A stretch of DNA of 64,000 nucleotides from an uncultured cyanobacterium (GTDB taxonomy: Bacteria > Cyanobacteriota > Cyanobacteriia > Cyanobacteriales > Cyanobacteriaceae). The position numbers were made by a program, and so were the translations under genes. Positions within the stretch are counted from its first letter, which is position 1. Each line of letters opens with the position of its first letter. The notes beneath the pieces are model-generated. The model worked only from the letters and a program-made list of their open reading frames with translations, did no database searches and had not been told where the DNA came from. The stretch is from assembly GCA_963710605.1 (NCBI GenBank), contig CAVQBA010000004.1, positions 1,358,035-1,422,034 on the forward strand. Direction: 5' to 3'. Of the stretch, positions 18,917-29,153 are shown one piece after another.

Positions 18917-21085
18917 TCAAATATCGATCGTGTTTCGTTTACTGATAAAAGCTAATAATTCTTTTTCTGTTAATGATTTACTGATTAACCAGCCTTGAAT
19001 AATATCACATTCTAAATATTCGAGCATTTGTCTTTGATTTTCAGTTTCTACTCCTTCAGCAACTACAAGCATATTATAACTTTGAGCGATCGTAATAATG
19101 GCACTAACCAAAGCTTTGTCTTGAACATTAAAAGCTAAATCATCAACAAAAGATTTATCAATTTTGATATATTTAAAAGGAAATTTTTTGAGATAACTAA
19201 ACGAAGAATAACCTGTACCAAAATCATCAATTGAAAAACGAACTCCGATCAAAGATAATTCACTGATTATTGATTCGGCAAGCTCAGAATTTTCGATTAA
19301 AAGACTTTCAGTTATCTCTAACTCTAAATATTGAGGTGGAAATTGAGTTTTATGCAAAATATCTTTGACAAGATCAACAAATTCACGAGTTTGAAATTGT
19401 TTCATCGAGACATTTACTGCCAAATTTAAAGCTGGATAACCTGAATCGAGCCATTTTTTGGCTTGAAAACAAGCTTTCTCTAATACCCAAGTACCGATAG
19501 GAATAATCAAACCAGTTTCTTCAGCGATCGGGATAAACTTATTTGGCGAAATAAAACCCATACCTGAACGATTCCACCTTAGTAAAACTTCAACTCCCAT
19601 AATCTGATTTGTCTTCAGATTTAATTTAGGTTGAAAATTCAGCAATAATTCTTGATTATCAAGAGCAGAATAAAGACTATGTTCTAATTCAAATAATAAT
19701 GCTTGTTCTGGATTAAGTTGAGTTACATAAAACTGATAATTATTTTTCCCCATTTGCTTAATTTTGGATAAAGCAATATCAGCAAATTTAACCAATTGTT
19801 TTTCTTCTAAACTATTATCAGGATAAATAGAGATACCGATACTACAACTAATATGAATTGTATGTTGAGCAATTAAGAATGGTTTTTTCAGACTATTTAA
19901 GATTCGATTAGCGATCGTTGCCGCCATTTTTGAACTATCATTTAATTTCAATAGATGCTCATCATTATTATCAAGTAAATCTAATTCTAAAGGTGCAATT
20001 AAGACAAATTCATCTCCTCCCCAACGAGCAAGAAATGATTGTTTTGGAAGTACTGAAATTAGTCGATAGGCAAAACATTCTAATAATTTATCTCCGAATG
20101 TATGACTTAAAGTATCATTAATATTTTTAAATCGATCGATATCAATAAACAAAACAGCTAAAGTTTTCTCAGCTTTTTTTCTTTCTTGTAAAGATTTTTG
20201 TAATTGATCGTAAAAGTAATTACGATTAGGAATACCAGTTAAAGAATCATGAAATGCTTGATATTGTAACTTTGCTTCTGTTTTTTTTCTCAGGGTAATA
20301 TCAAAAATATAACTTCTAATTACTTTTTGTTTGGATAAATAATGAATATATTGCTCATAAAACTTATCTTGATAATGAATCTCTCTAATTAGTAATTCAC
20401 CGTTTGATTTACCACAATTAGCCGTCAAAGAAGATAGTAAACAATTGTCTTTTGATAAAGGTTGCGTTAATAATTGAGAAAAACATAATTTTGCCGAAGG
20501 ATTAGAGTACGTAATATTGCCATTGAAATCAAACTCAATAATTGGATTAGGTGATAATTCAGGAAAAGAAGCTAAATGTTCTACATCTTGCGTTTTCAGT
20601 TTTTCAACTAGGTTTTCTTCCGAGATTATTAAAGTGTCTTGTATTCTTTCAGTTGTTTTGTTACTATTTTGAGACGAATTAAGAGTAACTTTTGAGGATA
20701 AAACTGAATTTGATTTTAATGAATTAAGAGCATTTTTTTTGTATTTATAAATAGCTTGATTTTCTTGATCACCAAAATAGACTACATCTCCGTCTTCTAA
20801 TTGATGGCTACTAATTTTTTGACCGTTGACTATTGTTCCATTTTGACTTGCTTGTTTTTCTAAATTACCATCAATTAAAACATAAAAAGAATCTCCTGTG
20901 GGTAATACTTTTTTAATTAAAGTAGCATGATGTCTAGAAACAGCACTAGAACGTAATTTTATTTCACAATCAACACTACGCCCGATCGTGTACATATGTT
21001 GCGTTAAAGTAATGGTTAGCTGTAATTGTGAATCATTTAGAAATAAAATTAATAAGTGATTGTTCTGATTAATTAGCGAATTCAT
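18917..21085 (-). CDS. FHA-PAS-GGDEF-EAL protein; both catalytic motif sets intact
   Basis: FHA (GR, SRHH, SQNG); LASFPELSPNPIIE PAS; ARWGGDEF; EVL, DDFGTGYSS, AEGVE. Confidence 0.92.
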   Translation of the reverse strand: MNSLINQNNHLLILFLNDSQLQLTITLTQHMYTIGRSVDCEIKLRSSAVSRHHATLIKKVLPTGDSFYVLIDGNLEKQASQNGTIVNGQKISSHQLEDGDVVYFGDQENQAIYKYKKNALNSLKSNSVLSSKVTLNSSQNSNKTTERIQDTLIISEENLVEKLKTQDVEHLASFPELSPNPIIEFDFNGNITYSNPSAKLCFSQLLTQPLSKDNCLLSSLTANCGKSNGELLIREIHYQDKFYEQYIHYLSKQKVIRSYIFDITLRKKTEAKLQYQAFHDSLTGIPNRNYFYDQLQKSLQERKKAEKTLAVLFIDIDRFKNINDTLSHTFGDKLLECFAYRLISVLPKQSFLARWGGDEFVLIAPLELDLLDNNDEHLLKLNDSSKMAATIANRILNSLKKPFLIAQHTIHISCSIGISIYPDNSLEEKQLVKFADIALSKIKQMGKNNYQFYVTQLNPEQALLFELEHSLYSALDNQELLLNFQPKLNLKTNQIMGVEVLLRWNRSGMGFISPNKFIPIAEETGLIIPIGTWVLEKACFQAKKWLDSGYPALNLAVNVSMKQFQTREFVDLVKDILHKTQFPPQYLELEITESLLIENSELAESIISELSLIGVRFSIDDFGTGYSSFSYLKKFPFKYIKIDKSFVDDLAFNVQDKALVSAIITIAQSYNMLVVAEGVETENQRQMLEYLECDIIQGWLISKSLTEKELLAFISKRNTIDI

Positions 21086-21256
21086 TTGATCAATTGGTTG
21101 GCTAATGTCTGCTAAATAGAATCTAATTATTTTTGTTTTTTTAAAATTGTAGTATTGATAGTAGTTTAAATCATAGAAGTTTTCTAATCAAAACTAAATA
21201 ACATAATTAAATTAGATCTAAAAATAAAAAATAAATTACTTTTATCTATTTTAATT

Positions 21257-23833
21257 TTAAAGACTATAATCAGAATTAACCACAAAATTAATAATTTCAT
21301 TTTCTGGTAAAGGAGTTGTCAACCAATTACCTTGTATTTGTGGGCATCCTAATTCTAAAAGTTCATCTACCTCAATTTGTTTTTCTACCCCTTCAGCGAT
21401 GACTCTTAATTGAAAACTTTGAGCAATACTGACAATGGCATTAACTAAAGCTTTATCTTGTGAGTTTGAACTAATCTCATTAATAACTGGACGATCGATT
21501 TTCACAGTCGAAAATTGGAATTGTTTTAAATAACCAAATGATGACACACCTGTACCAAAATCATCTAAAGCAATTCTGACACCTAAATTTTGAATCAGCT
21601 TTAAATTTTTTTGACTAAAAGGTAAATCTAAAGCAATCGTTTTTTCAGTTATTTCTAATTCTAATAAATGCGGATTGAGTTGTGTGTTTGTTAAAATATT
21701 TTGGAGCATATTAACAAAGTTAGGTTGTCGAAACTGAACCGCAGAGATGTTAATACAAATTGGTTGATCGGTTAAATTGTTATTTTGCCATAATTTTCTT
21801 TTTTCACAAGCATTTTGAATTACCCACTCACCAATAGAGACAATCAAACCTGTTTCCTCAGCAAGAGGAATAAATTGCTCAGGGCTGATAATCCCTAACT
21901 CAGGATGTTGCCAACGAATAAGTGCCTCAATTCCTGTAATTTTATTTTCTTGAACTGCAACTTGTGGTTGATAAAATAAAGAAAACTCTTTTCTTTCTAA
22001 AGCATGAGCCAGAAGTTTTTCCATTCTCAACAAACGAGTTGTTTGCTCTTGTAATTTAGCTGAAGCAAACCGATAGTTGTTACTTCCTGCTTTTTGACTT
22101 TGAATTAGGGCATTTTGAGCTTCTTTAACCAAAATATCAATTGTTGTTTCTTGTTTATTTTGTAAAGCAATACCGATACTAACTTTAGTCTGTACTTTTA
22201 TGTTATCAAGAAAAAAGGGTTGTTTAAGAGATTCAAGCATTCTGTCACAAACTCGTCCGACATCCTTACTATGTTTAATTTGAGGTAAAAGACAACTAAA
22301 TTGAGATAATTCCCAATGACAAATAGTATCTCCTAAACGTAAACAAGCTCTTAAGCGTTTAGCGAAACCTGCTAAAATTTTGGATTGAGCTATATAGTCT
22401 AAAACACCATCTTCTTGTTCTAAAACTTGTATTTCTAGAAATAATAAACAAAGAAACTCTTGATTACGAAAACTATTAGCGATCGCTAATTTTAGTTGTT
22501 CAATTAATAATTGACGATTAGGTAATCCTGTTTGTAAATCATAAAATCCTTCTTCTTGGATATAAGTTTCTTGGTAATTGTCTTTTTGTCGAGGACGAAC
22601 AATAATTGAAAGCAAACTTTGATTACCCGAATTAATATAACCAATACTCGATTCAAGTTCCAGAATTAATTTATTTTGACATTGATAGCCAAATTGTTTT
22701 AAAACATAACTATTACGTGCAGAAGCTGATTCCACGATCGAATTTATTTCTTGATCTAATCTTTCAGGTGTTAGATTAATTAAATCATAGAACTTAAGCG
22801 ATCGTATTTGCTTAACCGTATAACCTAATAAATTACTCAACGCTAAATTAGTTTGTGTAATAGTTTTAGTTTTAGTATCGACAACTAAAATAGCCTCTTG
22901 AGTTTGATTAAGTAAATAATCATATTTACTATCACTTTGATCTAAAATATTGTGATTAGAAGGTTGAGTTTGATTTTTCGCTTGTTCAAAAACATAACTT
23001 CTAATTAATTTTTGTTCCGATAAATAATAAATATATTGTTCAAAAACCGTATTTTTAAACTTAACTTCTCTAAAAAACAATTTGCGAGAACGACCATTAG
23101 TCTTAGTGTTTTTGACTAAACTAAATAACAAAGGATGATTTAGTGAAGTATTACTTTTTTGTAACTCAGGAAAAAATTTGATCGCACTAGGATTAAGATA
23201 AGTTATTTTACCTTGCCATTCTAATTCAATAATCGGGTTTGGAGCTTGTTCAGGAAAAGACGCTAGTTTTTCTAAAGATGAATTACCACTACTAAATTCA
23301 CTAGAAGATGATAATTCCCAATTTGGTTCAGAAACAACGATCGAATCTGTTGAATTGTAAACAGTCTTTTTCGCCGTATTTTTAGGTTTAATCGTATCTT
23401 CTTCCGAATCAGGTGTTTTTTGAAAATCTCCTGATTGTAACAAAGCAATATCTTCAACTTTGTCTAAAATATAATAACTAGCTTGTATCTCAAATCCAAA
23501 ACGGATTATATCTTCGTGTTTTAATTCCTGAACTAAACACCTTTTATCGTTAATATAAATACCATTAGTACTACGATTACCTTGCAAATCACCATCTAGT
23601 AACCAATAAGAATAAGAACGATTTTGAGTGTCAGTACGACGTAATAAAGTACCATGAAAGCGAGATACTTTCTTCGATTCTAAAATAATTTTGTTACGAC
23701 GGTCTCTACCAAGAGAATAATTGGCTTCTTCTAAAACAATTGTTTTACGAGAATTTTCGTCTTCGATTATCAAAACATGATTAAGCGAATTATAGTTTCC
23801 GTATAAAGTTGATTTGAAATAGTCGCTGTCCAT
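21257..23833 (-). CDS. FHA-PAS-PAS-degenerate GGDEF-EAL; probable c-di-GMP phosphodiesterase
   Basis: GGDEF replaced by ELSQF with RLGD just upstream; EAL, DDFGTG, AEGVE intact. Confidence 0.9.
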   Translation of the reverse strand: MDSDYFKSTLYGNYNSLNHVLIIEDENSRKTIVLEEANYSLGRDRRNKIILESKKVSRFHGTLLRRTDTQNRSYSYWLLDGDLQGNRSTNGIYINDKRCLVQELKHEDIIRFGFEIQASYYILDKVEDIALLQSGDFQKTPDSEEDTIKPKNTAKKTVYNSTDSIVVSEPNWELSSSSEFSSGNSSLEKLASFPEQAPNPIIELEWQGKITYLNPSAIKFFPELQKSNTSLNHPLLFSLVKNTKTNGRSRKLFFREVKFKNTVFEQYIYYLSEQKLIRSYVFEQAKNQTQPSNHNILDQSDSKYDYLLNQTQEAILVVDTKTKTITQTNLALSNLLGYTVKQIRSLKFYDLINLTPERLDQEINSIVESASARNSYVLKQFGYQCQNKLILELESSIGYINSGNQSLLSIIVRPRQKDNYQETYIQEEGFYDLQTGLPNRQLLIEQLKLAIANSFRNQEFLCLLFLEIQVLEQEDGVLDYIAQSKILAGFAKRLRACLRLGDTICHWELSQFSCLLPQIKHSKDVGRVCDRMLESLKQPFFLDNIKVQTKVSIGIALQNKQETTIDILVKEAQNALIQSQKAGSNNYRFASAKLQEQTTRLLRMEKLLAHALERKEFSLFYQPQVAVQENKITGIEALIRWQHPELGIISPEQFIPLAEETGLIVSIGEWVIQNACEKRKLWQNNNLTDQPICINISAVQFRQPNFVNMLQNILTNTQLNPHLLELEITEKTIALDLPFSQKNLKLIQNLGVRIALDDFGTGVSSFGYLKQFQFSTVKIDRPVINEISSNSQDKALVNAIVSIAQSFQLRVIAEGVEKQIEVDELLELGCPQIQGNWLTTPLPENEIINFVVNSDYSL

Positions 23834-24081
23834 AAAACTTCAAAAATAAAATAACCTTACTTATTATCTTGTGCGGGTCAAAAAAAACTGTTTATATCAC
23901 AATGGTAAAACACCATTATCACCAATAAGCCAAATTAGTTATATTTTTTGGTAAATTAGTTAATAATACTTGATTAATTTAACTTTAAACAAAACTAATC
24001 TTGTTTTATCAATAACTAAGTTAAATATTTTGAATAATAATTGACCAAAATAAAAATGATTTGATTATATACAGGAAATAA

Positions 24082-26562
24082 TTAATCAAAAGTCTGATTA
24101 TTTGATTTTTGTAAAAAAATACTCATTTCTTTACTAGCTAATGGACGACTAAATAAATTACCTTGTATTTGCGTACATCCTAACCGTCTTAAAATATCCA
24201 TCTGTTCTACTTTCTCAACTCCGACAGCAATCAAACGAATATTGTATCCTTCACATAAAGTAGCAATACTACTGACTAAAGTTTGAATTTTAGGATCTAT
24301 ATCAACTTTTCCTGTTATATTCGGACTAATTTTAACTGTATCAAAAGCAACTTTTTGTAAATGAGTTAAAGCACAGTTACCTGAACCAAAACTATCTAGA
24401 CATAGTTTAACTTTTAATGCCGATAACTGTTCTAAAGTTTTGTATGCCATATCGGTATTTTTAGCAAAACAAGTTTCCGTAAATTCTAATTCTAATAGCT
24501 CTGGGGGTAAACCTGTTTGTTCTAGTATTTTGTTAACTGAAGCCACAAAATTTGGTTGAGAAAACTGTCTAGTAGAAATATTAATCCCGATCGGAAAGTA
24601 GTTATTTTGGTCTTGAAACCATTTCTGCATTTGTAATGTTGCTGTTTGTAAAATCCAAATACCTAAAGGAAGCATAAAATCAGATTCTTCAGTTAAACGC
24701 AAAAAATGTTTGGGTGTCACTTTACCTAATTCTGGATGATTCCATCGTAATAAAGCTTCTAAGCCAGTAAAACCACGGGTACTACTATCTATTTGTGGCT
24801 GATAGCAAAGAAAAAATTGTTGTTCTCTAAAAGCGTTACTAATTAAAGTTTCTAGTTTTAATAAACTGGCAGTTTTGGGCGTAAGACTAAATCCTGTTAC
24901 ACCATACTTATGATGGTTATTACCTGCTTTACTTTGCTCTAAAGAATATAAACTACTTTTAATGAGTAATGAGCTATTTTCTGCATCAATAGGATAAATA
25001 AATACAGCCATATGAGTTTTTAACTCAACTTGACTTTGTTTAGATTGTCTTTCTAAATATGGAGTTAGGGTAGCAAATATTTTTTTAGCAACTTTAGCTG
25101 TATCTTTTGGCCCAGTTATACGAGTGAACAAAATCATAAATTGATTATTTGTCCATCGAGCTAACAAATTTTCTTTTTGCAGACAAGATTGAATTATTTG
25201 TTTGATGTTTTGAATCAATTCTTGATTATTTTTTAATTCTTCACTCTGGTTAAAATGTTGTAAATTGTCTATTTCGATCGCAATCAAACCCATGAGATAA
25301 TGAAAATTTTGAGCTTTAGCTATGGCTATTTCTAACTGCTCTTGAAATAATTTTTGGTTAGGTAGATTAGTTTCTTGATCATGATACATCAAATAATCTT
25401 TAAAATCTTGTTGTTCATAAATCTGAACATTACGAACTACAAAACAGAAAATATCTTTATTTTGATAACTCGTCAAACTTATGCTTGTTTCTAGGTTAAT
25501 CAAAGAAGCATCCGAACAACGAAATAAATATTTACCTACATAATCTTCTTTAGTTTCTAATACCCGATTTAAATCATGATTAATACTAGTCAAATCGCTA
25601 GCTAAAACATTATAGACACTCAAACTAGTAACTTGTGATTGAGAATATCCCAAAATTTCAAGTAAAGTTTCATTCGCTTCAATTATTCTTCTATTACTAG
25701 CATAAGCTAAAAAAATACCTTCAGATGTCTGTCTAATAATTGCTTGATAACGAGCTTGTGCTTCTCTTAATTGAGCCTCTACTTGTTTTCTTTTCGTAAA
25801 ATCAAAAATGTAGCTTCTAATGACTTTTCTTTCTGAAAGATAATGAACATATTGCTCAAAAATTTCTGTACCTATTTTGATTTCTCTTAAAAAGAGATTA
25901 CCTTGTCTATTACTATCTTCTGATAACAACCCGATTAATATAGGATGTTTTAATTTATCTTCATAAATAGTATCAAACTTTAAACTAGCCGCCGGATTAA
26001 CATAAGTTAGATTACCATCCCAATCTAACTCAATAATCGGATTAGGACTTAATTCGGGAAATGAGGCTAAACGGATTAATTCTTGTTGTTCTTCAGTATT
26101 TTTGTCTTCATCTGCTTTAGTAATAAGTGTATCAGTAGATTGACTATTTAAAGTTACACGAGAAGCCGAAATTTTTTCTAATCCTTCAGGATTAAATAAA
26201 TCAATTCCTGAATCTGTACTAATTATGTAATAACTTGCTTTAGCTTCATTCGCAAATAAAATTGTGTCGCCGTGTTTTAAATCATGAGTTGAGTATGATT
26301 TGCCATTAATTGACAATCCATTAGTACTTCTGTTTCCTTTTAAATCACCATCAATAATCTGATATGAAAATTCCCCTTGTGTTTCTTCTTCTGTTTGACG
26401 AATCAAACTAGCGTGAGTGCGAGAAACTTGATAGTCATAAATCACAATAGGATTGTTAGAGTCTCGTCCAATTGTATAATTACTTTCTTCTAAAGAAATT
26501 ATTCTTCTTCCTTTTCGATCTTCTATAACGAATATATGACGAAATTCTTGCACTTGATTCAT
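24082..26562 (-). CDS. FHA-PAS-PAS-degenerate GGDEF-degenerate EAL protein
   Basis: GGDEF replaced by TNNQF; EAL kept, but DSFGSG replaces DDFGTG and AVGVE replaces AEGVE. Confidence 0.88.
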   Translation of the reverse strand: MNQVQEFRHIFVIEDRKGRRIISLEESNYTIGRDSNNPIVIYDYQVSRTHASLIRQTEEETQGEFSYQIIDGDLKGNRSTNGLSINGKSYSTHDLKHGDTILFANEAKASYYIISTDSGIDLFNPEGLEKISASRVTLNSQSTDTLITKADEDKNTEEQQELIRLASFPELSPNPIIELDWDGNLTYVNPAASLKFDTIYEDKLKHPILIGLLSEDSNRQGNLFLREIKIGTEIFEQYVHYLSERKVIRSYIFDFTKRKQVEAQLREAQARYQAIIRQTSEGIFLAYASNRRIIEANETLLEILGYSQSQVTSLSVYNVLASDLTSINHDLNRVLETKEDYVGKYLFRCSDASLINLETSISLTSYQNKDIFCFVVRNVQIYEQQDFKDYLMYHDQETNLPNQKLFQEQLEIAIAKAQNFHYLMGLIAIEIDNLQHFNQSEELKNNQELIQNIKQIIQSCLQKENLLARWTNNQFMILFTRITGPKDTAKVAKKIFATLTPYLERQSKQSQVELKTHMAVFIYPIDAENSSLLIKSSLYSLEQSKAGNNHHKYGVTGFSLTPKTASLLKLETLISNAFREQQFFLCYQPQIDSSTRGFTGLEALLRWNHPELGKVTPKHFLRLTEESDFMLPLGIWILQTATLQMQKWFQDQNNYFPIGINISTRQFSQPNFVASVNKILEQTGLPPELLELEFTETCFAKNTDMAYKTLEQLSALKVKLCLDSFGSGNCALTHLQKVAFDTVKISPNITGKVDIDPKIQTLVSSIATLCEGYNIRLIAVGVEKVEQMDILRRLGCTQIQGNLFSRPLASKEMSIFLQKSNNQTFD

Positions 26563-26718
26563 CTATATAACACCCAAAGTAATTCATTCAAAGTAAGAAA
26601 TTCTAATATCCAAACTGATATTAATAATTAATATTCATTATAATACTTGGTCAGAACAAACTTTGATACTTAATTTGAGTATAATAAAGCAGAAAAATGA
26701 AAAAGATTAGGGTCAAGA

Positions 26719-28257
26719 ATGACTGGTTTAGCTTTATTAAGTGTTTCTGATAAAACTGGTATTGTCGAGTTAGCTAAGGTACTAGTAACAGAATTTAATT
26801 TTCAGATTGTGAGTAGTGGCGGTACGGCAAAAACGTTACAAAATGCGGGTATTCCTGTCATGAAAGTAGGTGAGTACACAGGTTCTCCAGAGATTTTAGA
26901 CGGCAGAGTAAAAACGCTACACCCTCGTATCCATGGAGGTATATTGGCTCGATTAGAATTAGATTCTCATCAACAAGATTTGAGTGATAATGATATTACT
27001 CCTTTTGATTTAGTGGTGGTAAATCTTTATCCTTTTGAGAAAACAGTCGCCAATCCTGATTGTACTTTAGAAGAAGCGATCGAGAAAATTGATATCGGTG
27101 GTCCAACGATGGTACGTGCGAGTGCAAAAAATTACGCTCATGTTACTATATTAACAAACCCTAACAATTACTCAGACTATTTAACTCAGTTACGAAATAA
27201 TGAGGGTAAAACCTCGATCGAGTTTCGTCAAAAAATGTCAGCACAAGCATTTGCGATGACGGCAATTTATGATCAAGCCATTTGTCGTTATTTTGCCCAG
27301 ACAAACCCTGATACATCCGATTATTATGGTATCGGAGGGAAAAAGATTGCGACTTTACGTTATGGCGAAAACCCTCATCAACAAGCAAGTTGGTATCAAA
27401 ATGGTAACATAGCCACAGGTTGGACTTCGGCTGAGCAGTTACAAGGAAAAGAACTTAGTTATAATAATTTAGTTGATTTAGAAGCGGCTAGAAGAATCGT
27501 TTGTGAATTTCCCGCAGACGAACCAGCGGCGGTGGTAATTAAACATACTAACCCTTGTGGTATCGCTGTGGGTAAAACGTTGATTGAAGCCTATACAAAG
27601 GCTTATGAAGCAGATTCGATGTCGGCATTCGGTGGTATTGTTGCTTTAAATCGATCGATCGATGTACCGACAGCAGAGGCGATGAGTAAAATCTTTTTAG
27701 AATGTATTATTGCTCCTGATTGCAGTGAGGAAGCTAAGGCTGTATTGGCGAAAAAATCGAAGTTACGGGTATTGATTTTGCCTGATTTACATTCTGCTAC
27801 TCAAGATAACATTAAAGCGATCGCTGGTGGCTTTTTAGTCCAAGGAAATGATACTCAAATAGAGTTACCTGAAAGTTGGGATATTGTGACTGAGAAAAAA
27901 CCGACAGACACTGAATTAGCTGAGTTGTTATTTGCCTGGAAAACCGTTAAACACGTTAAATCAAATGCGATCGCTATTACTAAAAATCGGACGACTTTAG
28001 GTATTGGTGCAGGACAAATGAATCGTGTCGGGGCGGTAAAAATTGCTCTAGCACAAGCAGGAGAGAAAGCTACGGGTGCATTTTTAGCTAGTGATGCGTT
28101 TTTTCCTTTTGATGATTCTGTACGTACTGCAGCCGTTGCTGGTATTACTGCTATCATTCAACCAGGTGGTTCGATTAGGGATAAAGATTCGATTAAAGCG
28201 GCTAATGAATTAGGTTTAGTGATGGTATTTACCAAAGTGCGTCACTTTTTACACTAA
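26719..28257 (+). CDS. purH: Bifunctional AICAR transformylase/IMP cyclohydrolase
   Basis: ALLSVSDKTG, GRVKTLHP, IDIGGP, LRYGENPHQ, ASDAFFPF, QPGGS, RHFLH. Confidence 0.98.
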   Translation: MTGLALLSVSDKTGIVELAKVLVTEFNFQIVSSGGTAKTLQNAGIPVMKVGEYTGSPEILDGRVKTLHPRIHGGILARLELDSHQQDLSDNDITPFDLVVVNLYPFEKTVANPDCTLEEAIEKIDIGGPTMVRASAKNYAHVTILTNPNNYSDYLTQLRNNEGKTSIEFRQKMSAQAFAMTAIYDQAICRYFAQTNPDTSDYYGIGGKKIATLRYGENPHQQASWYQNGNIATGWTSAEQLQGKELSYNNLVDLEAARRIVCEFPADEPAAVVIKHTNPCGIAVGKTLIEAYTKAYEADSMSAFGGIVALNRSIDVPTAEAMSKIFLECIIAPDCSEEAKAVLAKKSKLRVLILPDLHSATQDNIKAIAGGFLVQGNDTQIELPESWDIVTEKKPTDTELAELLFAWKTVKHVKSNAIAITKNRTTLGIGAGQMNRVGAVKIALAQAGEKATGAFLASDAFFPFDDSVRTAAVAGITAIIQPGGSIRDKDSIKAANELGLVMVFTKVRHFLH

Positions 28258-28279
28258 GACGTTATATAGTCTTCAAATT

Positions 28280-28309
28280 GTAGGTTGGGTTAAGGCAACT
28301 AAACCCAAC
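28280..28309. repeat. REP-like cyanobacterial palindrome downstream of purH
   Basis: GTAG-GTTGGGTT...AACCCAAC stem, followed by AGGAT-containing repeats at 28321-28355. Confidence 0.6.
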
Positions 28310-28414
28310 AAAGCATCGATCAGGATTTGAAGGATTTAAGGATGGACAGGATTTCGTGGATAATTAGGGTTTGTTGTGAAAAAAAAGCGAGATCGTATAA
28401 TTTAGATAATAAAG

Positions 28415-28687
28415 ATGAAAAAAAATTTTTATTTTGAGTTTATTGATGAATCTTCTCAAAACGCAATTTCATTTGAGTATGATAATGATATAGATGAAGA
28501 AATGGAAGTGATAATAGAAAACCGAACACCTATTTTATACGCTAATCGCCAAGGATTATTAGCTTTAGCTAAAATTTTAATTAAAATAGCAATTTGTAAT
28601 TATAAAGATGGATTTCATCTTCATTTAAGGAAAGATTTTGATGCAGATAAACCAGAGACAATGCTTTGTATATTGAAAGATAAGTAA
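28415..28687 (+). CDS. Small acidic protein resembling Imm32-family immunity proteins
   Basis: LYANRQGLLALAKILIKIA...GFHLHL pattern. Confidence 0.55.
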   Translation: MKKNFYFEFIDESSQNAISFEYDNDIDEEMEVIIENRTPILYANRQGLLALAKILIKIAICNYKDGFHLHLRKDFDADKPETMLCILKDK

Positions 28688-29153
28688 ATAAATAAATAAG
28701 CTAAAAATAATTTTAACGTTATAATAATTAGGAAAAGATAATTGATCAATTTTTACAATTAATATAAGATTATAACGATCGTTTTAAAGTATATTTTTAG
28801 TAATAGTATTTGGTATTACAATTATTCTTAAATCAATAGACTATAGTTGATTACAATCCACCTTAAATTTGATCATTTAAGGCTGACAAAACACGTTCAA
28901 TGAATTGAACTAAAACAATAACTAATAAGTATAATAGACAAAACAACACTATTATAATATCAGTAAAAATATTGATGTAGAAAAACCCGATACAATAGGT
29001 TATATAATCGTTTCGGATAATAAAATAATCAGATAATAAGCTATATTTTGATTTAAGTTTAATTTATTAAACGGATTCTATTAGCCTTGCAATGATAGTT
29101 CAAGGCGGGCAATAAGTAAATCGATATTTTTTTGATTAGTTATTAGTTATCTT

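Noticed and set aside
28688-29153. Long AT-rich intergenic region as a possible RNA gene or origin
   Set aside because: No recognisable structure, DnaA-box cluster or ORF could be supported by eye.
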